Assembly (NCBI GenBank): GCA_013115125.1 | Contig: JABANN010000293.1 | Location: 1 to 41,882, forward strand | Direction: 5' to 3' | Length of the DNA stretch: 41,882 nucleotides | Source of the DNA: Perkinsus olseni | Taxonomy: Eukaryota | Shown here: one piece after another, positions 1 through 10,900 of the stretch | How the letters are laid out: every line of letters starts with the position of its first letter | Position numbering within the stretch: position 1 is the first letter of the stretch | The notes under the pieces: generated by a model | Told to the model about the DNA's origin: nothing | The model's input: only the letters and a program-made list of their open reading frames with translations | Databases searched by the model: none | Program-made: the position numbers and the translations under genes

Positions 1-236
1 TCATGAATGCCATTCCGCAGCCTTGACTCGACATCATGCAGAGTATGGGGTGTCTGAGGAGGATGCGCGGCATGGCAGTTTCCATATCCGGCTCGCTTAA
101 CCACGCAGCCATCGTGCAGCGCTTCCGCAGCAGGGAATCACCACTGCCATTGCGGAGCGTAAGGGTACAATTACAATTTGTTCTCCTGTACTACTGACTT
201 AGTACAGCGTGGATGTTTGAGACGGGGCTCGGAGAG

Positions 237-800
237 AGTCCCTAGTATCGTCCTGCTCATAACGATTAAAAATTAAATGGCGATGGGGCTCTACCCGGCA
301 CCAGTGCGGGCCTCTTGCAACCCGACCACCGAGTGGAATAAGACTGACGGCCATAGCTCGGCCCGAGCAAAACACGCATGCCTGTGGCAGCGTTCGAATG
401 AAGAGGTAGACCAACATACTTCTTGAGAAGGAGGTATACCGACAATGGTTCCTGATCTCGAAGACGATGCCTTTGGGCCATCATCCAAAAAAGTGCTCAT
501 TACTGGATGAGGCCGATAGATCACAATGGATGAGGCGAAGGGAAATGATCCACGATATTAACGGCGGGCTCCGTAATAACAAACGGAACCTTAGACAAAC
601 TGACGAACGGATGCGCGGAGGGTGTTTCCCAGTGGAGAAGCAGTATTTTGTTGAGGAAGGGACGAATTGCATGCGAAGACGTCTGGAGGTTCGAACTCTC
701 CAAGCGAGGGCTAAGCCTCAGTCGCCCGAAGCGTTGCCGAAGAAACTTTAAATCAACCGGCATGCGTGCCTTGGCTGAAGAATTCATCGCTGGGTGCAAA
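237..800. repeat. Decayed dispersed-repeat copy A, probably an LTR-retrotransposon pol remnant
   Basis: 342-397 is the reverse complement of 3706-3761, with similarity continuing to ~3796. 237-302 aligns inverted to ~4116-4181, and ~705-800 aligns directly to ~4490-4580. The + strand reads RRNFKSTGMRALAEEFIAGCKCH, loosely like an integrase zinc-binding region. No intact ORF. Confidence 0.5.
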
Positions 801-1120
801 TGTCATCCAAGTTGAAGCCACCGCAAGCCTTAGACATTAAATCGCGGAGCATTTGAGCGACGACTGAGAGAAGAGTAGAGCCGAAAACAGGGACTTCGCG
901 GCGGTAGACATGCTTCAGCGGGGAGAGGACTGGAAGAGTCTCGAGAGCGGATTATCCGCTCATTGTAGTCCTCAAGGGCCCAGCATGTTAAGTCGATCAA
1001 AGTACTAGGAGAGTGTCGCGGGAGACGACTGTTTACGGGTTATCCCCAACCCTGGCACTTCCGGAGCCAAGGTTCATCTGATAACGAGGACGGAAAAACC
1101 AGCGTGGGCCGTATGCAATA

Positions 1121-1914
1121 CACCCCTCCACAAATTCTTAGCATATCCGGTTTTTCGACTCGTGCACTGTCTCCTGGACGAGTACGGAACTGCAACTCAA
1201 GGAGGTTTATTCTTATGCTTCCCAAGATATAACCTCCAAGTTTCAGGGCCTAACTCTTCATAGTTAGTGAGAACTCGAAAAGTCGTAAAAAATTTTCTCC
1301 ACAAATTCTTAGCATACACGGCTTTAAATTGCGCCTCAAAATACCAACTTTTACTCGGGAACTACATCTACAACTTTGCATCTGATCTAATGCGGTACAC
1401 CAATGGAGAGAGCGTCTTCCAAAAAGCTATCCCTCCATGTTTCATCTCAATATTCGAAACCATCCAGCCAAAACTCATCAGTATAGCCGATACTCGCTAA
1501 ATCGCGCCGAAATAAGGTGTGAAACGCGCCATTTAGGGGGTACTCAGACCTCACGACCCACTAGCAGGCTTGTGCCTTCGAATATTGAGATAAAACATGG
1601 AGGGATAGCTTTTTGAAAGACGCTCTCTCCATTGGTGTACCGCATTAGATCAGATGCAAAGTTGTAGATGTAGTTCCCGAGTAAAAGTTGGTATTTTGAG
1701 GCGCAATTTTAAGCCGTGTATGCTAAGAATTTGTGGAGAAAATTTTTTACGACTTTTCGAGTTCTCAGTAACTACGAAGAGTTAGGCCCTGAAACTTGGA
1801 GGTTATATCCTGGGAAGCATAAGAATAAACCTCCTTGAGTTGCAGTTCCGTACTCGTCCAGGTGACAGTGCACCAGTCGAAAAACCGGATATGCTAAGAA
1901 TTTGTGGAGGGGTG
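1121..1914. mobile_element. Non-autonomous Tc1/mariner-type foldback element (MITE): 338-bp TIRs, 118-bp spacer, TA target-site duplication
   Basis: 1121-1458 and 1577-1914 are near-perfect inverted repeats (CACCCCTCCACAAATTC...GAATTTGTGGAGGGGTG), flanked by TA at 1119-1120 and 1915-1916. No transposase ORF. Confidence 0.9.
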
Positions 1915-3044
1915 TACTCCAACAAGAATAAGTTTACACAGTCTCTGTAGGTATCAATTTCTTGAGTATCTGAAATACACGCGCGACATGCCGATGAGAG
2001 GACAGCCGGTGAGCGGCGCCAACGACGCAAAACAGATCGCGGAATGGGCCGTCATTTACTGTTATCCGAGCTAGAGCTACCTTAGAGGTAAAACCGGACT
2101 CGGGAGGAGATCGGGAAAACGGATCCCTTTGTGGATCTGGGCTGAACGTATGCTCAATAGCATGACAGGGAACGCAGGTGTTCGCTGGGAGGAAGGCACT
2201 TACCACGAGCGATGGTGCATGAAAGGGCAAGGTGAGTAAGCAGCAGCAAAAAGGGTAAATGTCACCAAAGTGCACTTGTGCGGCCGGAACTACCGAACGC
2301 ACGGCCCATGCGAGCGGTAAAAAACAACAAAGGCACCGGTGGAGTCGACTGTCCCCGATCTTGTGAGCCTGTTAGTAGTAACACCCGCACTGGTTGACTC
2401 AACAACACCTGGGATCGACATAGGATTGAGTATAATGGGAATTAAAGCTTCTTCTTCCATCCATTTCAACCGATGGGCTGCAACCGTTTCATGCAGCGCA
2501 CAAGTGGGTGGTGAAACTGTGAGTGCTGCCGATGCTGTCCGTGGGAAGGCATTGGCGCCTGACCGCTCGGCGGTTTGTGAGCGACGACGGGAGCTGTGGT
2601 GCTGGAAGGTGATTGACGAAGTGTTCGGTTGTCAGTCAGTGGCACTGATTCAGTGCGATCCGCACCACGCATGTCGCATGGGGACGGGGCTCTGTTCGCG
2701 CGCGTACGCACGAATCTCGCTCGCCAATTATGTCTCTCATCAATCAGCGCTTTGCGCCCGCGCGCATGGGTATGCGTTCAAGATTACGCAGCTTATTTTA
2801 CGCTACAGATCACATCATATAACTCCTTATCGAACAATGTTTCTCGTTGCGATAGCGGTTAGAGGGAAGCATCCCATAGCCGACTCTCGTCTACTCTTGG
2901 ATGCCTATAGTGCTCTGTTACGTTCTTGCCCTTCGCAGTGTAGTGAACTGGGAGTTCCGATAGGACCTCCGCTTTGAGTTTTTCACGATTTCACTCAGGA
3001 GTTCTGTTCTTCGATCCACCCCTTTCGCATCCCTCGACATGCAT

Positions 3045-3428
3045 ATGCGCTTCTTCGCCAACTTCTTCTTGATGACCCTCCTCGTGGTTGTTGATGGAAC
3101 TTGTAGCGAGGCCGAGAAGGAGAAGATCACCGGCAAGTTGTTCCCCAACTTTCTCTACAAGTGCAGCCTCGCGGCCAAGTTGGACACTTCCTCCATCGCG
3201 CCATGCCTCGAGGGGCCGTGTCAGATCTCCTCTGAGTGTGCCAACTGTTTCAATGATTTTGGAGCGTGCGCTTCCAAGAATTGCGGTTGGCTTTGCTTCT
3301 GGCATGGAACTTTGAGTTCAAAATGCAAGGATTGTGTGGCTAACGCCTGCAATGCTCCACTCTTGAGGTGCACTGGCTTGACCAAGCCTCTATCTGCACC
3401 TACTGGAAAGGGTGATAGATGTATCTGA
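3045..3428 (+). CDS. Small secreted cysteine-rich protein (127 aa, 14 Cys), intronless
   Basis: Signal-peptide-like MRFFANFFLMTLLVVVDG, then regularly spaced CxxC/CxxxC pairs (ECANCF..ACASKNCGWLC..KCKDC..AC..RC). Pyrimidine-rich leader. Confidence 0.75.
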   Translation: MRFFANFFLMTLLVVVDGTCSEAEKEKITGKLFPNFLYKCSLAAKLDTSSIAPCLEGPCQISSECANCFNDFGACASKNCGWLCFWHGTLSSKCKDCVANACNAPLLRCTGLTKPLSAPTGKGDRCI

Positions 3429-3699
3429 GTGAGAGGCTGCATCCCTGTATCATGCCTTCGCCTCACTGGTTGGTACCGCATTACCTTGGTTAAGGACTTC
3501 ATCTAGTGAAGAGTGCGTGAGTAGACCAACTATGTTCTCTCCATGCTTTTCTTTGTTGAAGACCCATGACGGGTCACCTATCTGTCGACACTTCATTATT
3601 GCCTCTATTACGGATGATCGCTTGAAGGCATCGTCTGCGAGATCAACTAACGATTATCACTATTCCTCTGCCTCCTTCGTAAGGAGCTCCTCAGCACAT

Positions 3700-4585
3700 T
3701 AGTGCTCGAACGCTGCCACAGGCATGCGTGTTTTGCTCGGGCCGAGCTATGGCCGTCAGTCTTTTTTCCCTCGGTGGACGGGTTGCTGAGGACCCGTCTA
3801 AAGTCGGTACCGGTGTTTTTCGACACTCCTTTATCTGCCAATTTTCGATTATCATTCCGGTGGGGTTTTTCATTATGATATGGATCTTCGTCGAATTCCT
3901 CACTTGTTGCGTTGTCCGTAGTCCGCTCGGCCAACTACTGGCGCACTGATGTCGCGCAACAAGGATCCCCAAGCCCCTCTCTCTACACCAACAAATTTCT
4001 TTGTATGGCGCCCCAAGCGTCAGTTCCACCTGGTACCTTCCCCTTTCGCCAACGAGAAATGGGCTGTCGAAATTACCTACACCGTCGCGAACTGCCCTTT
4101 CTAGTGCAGTACAGTTCTGGGTGGAGTTTTGTCGCACCTTAATTTTCAACCGTTACAAGTGGGACGAGATCCGGGACCATGGGGAGAGTAAGGTGAGGCT
4201 GTCACCAAGCTATGCTTGGTCTTAGAGCTCGAATCAGGGCTATCCCAAGGTGTTGTGTGGTAGCGGGTGGAGCTGCGAGGTCCCCTCGGTGGCTAGCTTC
4301 CGGTTTGGTGGTAGGGTCTGTAGTGGTAGAGCCGGAAAGAGTGATTTCCAGCACGGCATCCCACTGCGAAACAGCCGCGGGAGAGTATTCACCCGGCAAA
4401 GACGGGCGAATGGTACCACTGTGAGTTGAGAAGCTCTGCGTGCTGAGCTATTTCTCGAATTGAATGATGACGGAGCACAACAGGGCAAGGGAGGGCTAAG
4501 CCTCACCCAAGCTGTTGGCGAAGAAACTCTAGATCAACCAACATGTGTGTCTCGACTGGAGAGTCACTTGCTAGGTGATGCAGAG
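3700..4585. repeat. Decayed, rearranged dispersed-repeat copy B (retroelement-like remnant)
   Basis: Matches to 237-397 (inverted) and ~705-800 (direct). It contains ~320 bp (about 3797-4115) absent from copy A. The minus-strand translation only weakly recalls an RT/RNase H region. Confidence 0.45.
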
Positions 4586-6290
4586 GCACACGTGCCGTCA
4601 GCGGCACTGGTGAAGGCCTGATTGCCATCGATCGTCTGCATGAGAGCCCGATGGTAGTCCTCCAGCCGCTGCTGATGTCTTGCGCGACGGTCTTGCCTTG
4701 CTTGTTCATCTGGGCGAGAATAACAAATCCATGGTTCGATATTAACAATCTCCTTTGGGAGCATTCAAGGGCCTCACCACTCTCGTAGAGAAGGCGCTTG
4801 GTCTCGGCCAATCCTCGCAGATAGTCTCGTCTTATGTACCATTCAACTTCCCAGTCAGCGAGAGGTGATTCTTTCACGACTGCATCTGGTTCGGATACCA
4901 TACCATACCGACATCGCAACAAGGCTCACCGAGTGTTGGAAAGGAGAAGAGGCTGCTGTTGCGCAGAATCGTGCTCCTGGGCCTGGGGCGAGGCTCCCCA
5001 TCTGCGAAGTCCACAACCAAGTCGGGGTCGACCAGCCAGATACCCCTGCATCTGAGGTTGCCTTGCTGCCCTGCTTGCGTTACGCGGGATGTCGTCTACT
5101 TGTGAGTGCGGCAGTTTCCAGGCGGCATCTTGATCTCCACGGATGCTATTGTATCATCCTCTTGTCGTATCCTCCACAGCTCGTTCCAGTGGTCCTCGTT
5201 CAACAACGGTAGGGTATCCAGTTGTATTGACGGTATCACAAGCAGGGAGTTGAGCCCGTAAAGGCGTGCCCGATGCATACAGTGGACCAGGGCGGTGTCG
5301 TCCATGGAGTGACGGTACCGCTCAGTTGCTGCTGCGGCGGCCGATTTCTTGCCGAAGAATGCGGCTGCGAAGTCGAGGAGAGTCTCCACGCGCTCCTCGT
5401 CCTCTGCAAACTCTCCGATGACATCCGTGATGCCACTGGAAACTGGTGTAGGGGAATAGAGGAACAGTTTCTCCACCGGTAACACGTTCATTATGGATAA
5501 TATGTACCTCCTGACGGCTTCGGGAGAACTTCCCCCGAGGCCGTCCATAACAGCACAAACCCCGATCGAGCGACCCACGGTTGAGTTCGAAGATCCCCAT
5601 GTTGGCGCCCCTTCTTCGTTCGGTATTTTCCGTTCTGCTTGTTCCCCGGATGTGATGTTCAACGAGTGCTTTTCGACATACTCAAGGTAGCGATCGAACC
5701 TCAGGTCTTGTGGCAGCTTAGACGGCCAGGCTGTCTTCCCGCGGCAGAGGGGGGTTGGCCCTATAGTCCATTCAGACCTCATCGAGGCGTAGTCCTGTAC
5801 ACTCTCGGATGGTCGGCGCAACCATGACAGTTTGCTGTAAGGTACAGCATGCAGTAGCACCTTAAAAAAAGAGGAAGTTAAAGGACAATGACATTGCGGC
5901 CCTCACCTCTGAGGCGAAGATGTCACGCGCATCGTCGTCGATGAGGAAGAGACGCTCATAGGTGGCATTGAGTGCCTTAACGATGGGACACCGAATGATG
6001 ACGTGGTCGCCAGCGCCCACGGAGAGAGAACTAGTCGCCTGAATAAGGGCTGCCATTAGCTCGCCCTGGTGGTGCGAGGGACCTCACTTGAATACGTTCA
6101 CCAGTGTCGAGGAACTCGCACATCCACTCGCAAGCCCAGAGCTGAGGTAGGGACTGCTGGTGACCGAGACTGTTAGTATACCTGCGGAGCGAGATGGTGA
6201 GAATCATCTACATATATCGGGAACGGCGGGGGAAAGTTGAGAGGACTTTGAAAAAAACTTCCATCGACTCCGGCAACTTCCAGCTATGTA
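4564..6290 (-). CDS. Multi-exon glycosyltransferase family 92 (DUF23)-like protein, C-terminal portion
   Basis: Large exon has IGVCAVM..YILSIMNVLPVEKLFLY..ALVHCMHRARLYG. GT-AG splicing joins it to CRGIWLVDPDLVV, DAVVKESPL.. and DEQARQ..SPSK* (stop 4564). Upstream exons include LWACEWMCEFLDTG and HVIIRCP. A canonical DxD is not evident. Confidence 0.5.
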
Positions 6291-6399
6291 GAATCGGCAG
6301 TGGTGACTCTCCAATGAACGCACTCCACATTCATATTCTATGAACAGAGAGCGGCCTACCAGCAGTGATCATCTGGCCCGCTCTGGAGGGCGATGACAA

Positions 6400-7785
6400 A
6401 TTCCAGGACGGCGATGACTTCGGCATGCGGGATGTGCACCCCGAGGGGGATAGGCGATGATAGGGACGCACCGGTATAGCCATCAGCGGTGATCACATGG
6501 GCGGACACCTAATTCAATATCCACTCGCTAGCGCTTCCTGCCGAAAATGTCGATACCGTGCCTTCCTTGATATGCGTCGTAACGCTGGTGTTGTGAGTAC
6601 ACAGGTGGAGCCTGTTCCGTCCTGCCAACCCAGACTTATCGGTTAGCGGTACAGCAGTAGGTGCTCGTGAAGGCGGCGAGGCGATGGTGCTTGGAATGCT
6701 TCCGAGCTTCCTCCACAGCGGGCAACGGCATTCGAAGTCCGATAGGTTACACTCGGTGAGGAAGGTGGAGATCGTCGTGGTGAACTTCTCACGCTCTGCT
6801 GGCTCGAGGTGGTTCCCATCGAGGGCAATGTCCAGCCAAGCTTCGGCTGCTTGGACGCCACATCCCACTGGAGATATCGCCCTCTCAACTAGAGTGGTGA
6901 AATCAGCTCGACCAGTCCCTCTCGGGGGACAGGCCATGTCACATACTTCAGACAAGAGGAGGAACACTGTGTGGTGCCACTCCTCGGCTACCAACGTCTC
7001 GAGTGTCCCTGGCTCCAGAATTCGCTCCAAGATGGAAGACAGGAATCCCGAACTCTCCGTGTCTTGGTCTGGCTTCAACAACCAGCCCATCAACTCTAAT
7101 GCGAGCTGAGCTCCGGGCGGTGCTGCGTCACCAGCTCCTGTGGCAGCATTCCTCATGGGTAAGACTGTTTGGAAGGGACTGTGCCGTCCTTTGATCGGAG
7201 ATACGGCCCTCTTAGTATGATTTCGCACCTCCGCCTGCGTCGTCTCATAGACGGGCAAAACAAGATACGCGGCAGTGTCAGGGTTTTGCAGCGTCGTAAA
7301 GTCGAAGACGGTGAGATAGTGAAGTGGTCGGCAAGAGGAGCTGCCGTCTGCCACAAGGTCGTAGGGCGATTCCCATGCTGTGGTATTAGCAGACCAGTCA
7401 GAGCTGAGCACAACTACGGTGTACCTGATTCATGTACTGATTGCTTCTCTTCGTCCTGTACTGTAGCGCAGCCCCTCACTGTTCTCCGCCGAGGCCGGTG
7501 ATGATGTTTGACTTCGCCTCTGCAGCAGAATTCCGAGAGCTGGGTCGCGGTGGAGCCCTAGGAGGCTTTCCACGGGCAGAGGGGAAGCAACAGGCGAGAA
7601 GCAGACATGCTGCAGTGAGTACATGCATGTTTCGGTCGCTCACGGGAAAACTTAACTTGGAACATAGCAATAGACTGGGCCCAGAAATGCCGCTTCCGCG
7701 TTGGTACGATGGGTGGGCCTCCATCGGCTGAGCCGATTCGGCTCGTAGACACCTGCACTGTTCTTATCACAATTCATTGTATCCA
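6400..7785 (-). CDS. Uncharacterised coding exons, probably the 5' part of the GT92-like gene
   Basis: 300-codon open frame 6509-7411 with GT/AG sites that allow joining to the downstream exons. No domain recognised; boundaries uncertain. Confidence 0.4.
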
Positions 7786-7990
7786 TCGGCTGTCCCTTTC
7801 ACAAAACAGCTATAGTAGTTGGCCGCCTAGTGCGACGTATATTCGCGCTTCCCTTGCAGGATAGTATTCCCGTTGTATTGAGTTCTGACCCTGCACACCA
7901 ACTGGCTGATGAAACTCGAGCCACCTAGAGCATAGTCAGAAATGGGTTTGTCATGATGCGCCAGTCATGATCAGCTGGCGTGAAGTCTTC

Positions 7991-10900
7991 TCACTCAAAG
8001 GCCATGTAGACCAGGCTCCCTTTCACCGAGTTACTGCTTCTCAACAACGCCCCTCTAGTACGGGCCTCATAGACAGAAGTCGGCCACTCGATAGTCTCAG
8101 CGTTCTCAATCACCGCAAAGGCACCACGACGGCAGAGGCCTCGGCAGCACCAGACCGAACACTCTGGAGCTAACACGACAAACCACGTGTCACCCCAAGA
8201 CGCTGCCACCTGAATGGCTGCCGTATTCTCGACAGGCAGAATAACGCTTGTCGGCAAGTCGAAGTTGAAGGCTTCTGGAGGGCCGCCAGCGTGAGCCCGC
8301 ATGACGGTACCCCAGACGAAGACCTCACCGACGTCTGTGACGGCCAGCACGTAAACGGCACCGGCCGCCACCGATACCTGGACTACACGACCCGCTGCCC
8401 TTGCATCGCCAAGCTGCACCTTGCCAGGCACCCGAGCAAGCGACGAGTCCTCTATTGGCCTTCCAAGTTGCTTGCAAGTGTTGTCCCCCCAGGAAAAAAG
8501 CTCGCCCTTGCCAGTGAGGACAAAGACGCAGGGCTTGAGGAGACGCCGTGAGGTGTCTTCGAATACTGACAGTGTTATCCTCGCGATGATCGCAGTATCA
8601 CCGAAGTCTGCGAGATCAGCGCACTCAGACTCGGTACACTGGCCGATCACATGGACCCTGGATGGCCTCCGTTTGGTAACGTAGGCCGACGTCTTCCCGG
8701 AAGCGGCTATCAGTTTGACTCTGCCGTCGCAGCCTCTGACAGGTATCGCCAACGGCGTTCTCAGGAAAGCGACTGCATCTTGCGGCAGACCGCACTGTCC
8801 CATCGAGTTGGAACCCCAAGCGAAACAGAGCTCCGTTTCATTGCAGGTAAATAGGATATGCTGAGACCCGCAGGCAACAGTCTTCACGCTGAGGGCCTCG
8901 AGCCTCGGTGGAGGGGGTACTAGATGGCCAGACACCCACAGCCAGCCATCTTTCACGGCTACAACGTGCTTGCAGCGCGATCCGAAGATATGCAAATCGC
9001 AACCTTCGCTCCGCTCGTAGCTATCGAACGTCCGCCTTAGTGTCTCCTCGACGTTCTCTGGCGCGTGAATGATACAAATGTCGCGACCAAGGACAGTGGG
9101 GGATACCCGATGGGTGATGCTGCGGTTTGACCATTCGCTGGCGCGAAGCTGCCTCTCCATCTCAGCAAGCTCTGCTCGGGCTCGGAAGTGACGTTGTAAA
9201 TGGATAACCGTTCGTCTGATCGAGACCCACCAGCGGCGCCACGAAGTCGTCCTCATGGCATCTTGTATCACGCGTGTGGCCTCGGTCAAAGCACGAAAGT
9301 GACGGACCTGTCTGTGGCTCCGCCATCGAGTTTGGATTCTGCGCGCTGACCGAGTCCGGTGGACTTCCTCCCAGATGTCTCCCCGAGCTGCAGCCAGGTA
9401 ATCGTACACCCGTTTGCCTGTCCCTGATCGAACCACCCTCGTCGCAGTACCCCGCCACCACGCTGACAGCCGCACTTGAGCGTCGTGCATCGCTATAAGC
9501 TTGGCCTTGATTATCAAGGCGAGCCATGGGAGACCTCCCCGAACCCTCCCCCACCAGCGTCTAACAAGGACCCCACGCCAGTACGCCTGTACGACCACTG
9601 CCGCTCTTTCGGCTCTCAGTCTGTACGCCCTACTGAGCAACGTGAGCTGCGCCAAGTAGCGTCTGACGAAGCACTGGACGATCTCAACAGAATACACTCT
9701 CGTGCGCTTCAACCTGAGTTCATCGACCAACTTGACCGCAGCTAGTCTTCGGTAGAAGGCTTGAAGGACAATCGCGGCCCGGATTCGTCTAAGCTGCATG
9801 ATGTAGCCGGCATACTTCATCCGTGTGCGCTTCTGACGCCAAACCCGTTGAATGTGTACAACAGCCGCGTGGCGCTTTGAGAACTCGTTGACTCGGCGGA
9901 GCAGGCAGAGCGCTCCGAAGAGACAGTTGAGGGCTCTGGGAACTCTGTCGAGGCTCTCTTTCCGTTCGAGCCAACTCCTGTACAACGACTGTATTTGCAC
10001 CACCTTCCTCACAGCTTTGGCGGCGTATTGACGAGTCATGCAAGATTTCAGTATGCGCTCACATCGCTCTTTCTTCGACCTCGGGGCCATCAGAGCCGCT
10101 TCGTGCTTCAGCAGACTACCGATCGCGCCCATGCCGATGCGTAAGGAACCCTTACGGATGTCCAGACCACCGGGAGGCACTCCAATCGTAGCTGAGAGCT
10201 CCTCCAGAATCTCTGTCTCGCTCGACGCCTTCAAGGCAAGCCGCTCGCGGGCCTCGACAATGTCGATGTGGAAAGGCTTCATCATTGGGTTCACGCGGGT
10301 AGCTGCGATGGTCGAGAAAAGCCACAGCTGGTGAGCCATTTCAAGAGGGTCTTTCTCGTCCCTCGTTACGACTATCAAATGTGCCCCCACACCAGATTCT
10401 CTGACACTCTCGACACTCTCCTTGGCTGCGTCCAACCAGTCCTGGCCTACTTGCTCATCGGCCGCAGCTTGACATATATCTCTCACCAGCCTCACCGATG
10501 AGCCTTGGAATAGATCTAGAACACGCTCGTTCCCCGTGGTCGGTAATCTGATGTGCTCACAGGCCCTGTGGAAGCGTTCATCGATGTAGTCAGCAGCACG
10601 TGTACAGCGCGCGATCCGGAGGGCCTCTCGGGTAAGCAGCAAATCGCCGTAGCTACCATAGCTGTCCCGACGGTCAGCGGGGCAGGCAACTATGATGGTA
10701 CCGTCGCCGTTTTCGTCGGATACCTCCAGGCTGGCCGCCCAGCAGAGTAAGCCTCGCTGAAGTACATGCACGAACTCAATGGAGCTGACTTGCTTGTCGA
10801 GAGGATCTTCAATACCCAGAAGATCGCAGATGAGTTCGTCAGGGCGGATGCATAACGCGGAAGAGATTGAAGAGCTCTGAACCAGCAGCATGAGCGCACA

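Noticed and set aside
1040-2030. Short ORFs 1040-1225, 1267-1500 and 1803-2030
   Set aside because: They are incidental frames across the MITE arms with no transposase motifs.
2339-2977. 212-aa plus-strand ORF
   Set aside because: GTG start, no recognisable domain and no convincing coding bias; probably non-coding or decayed.
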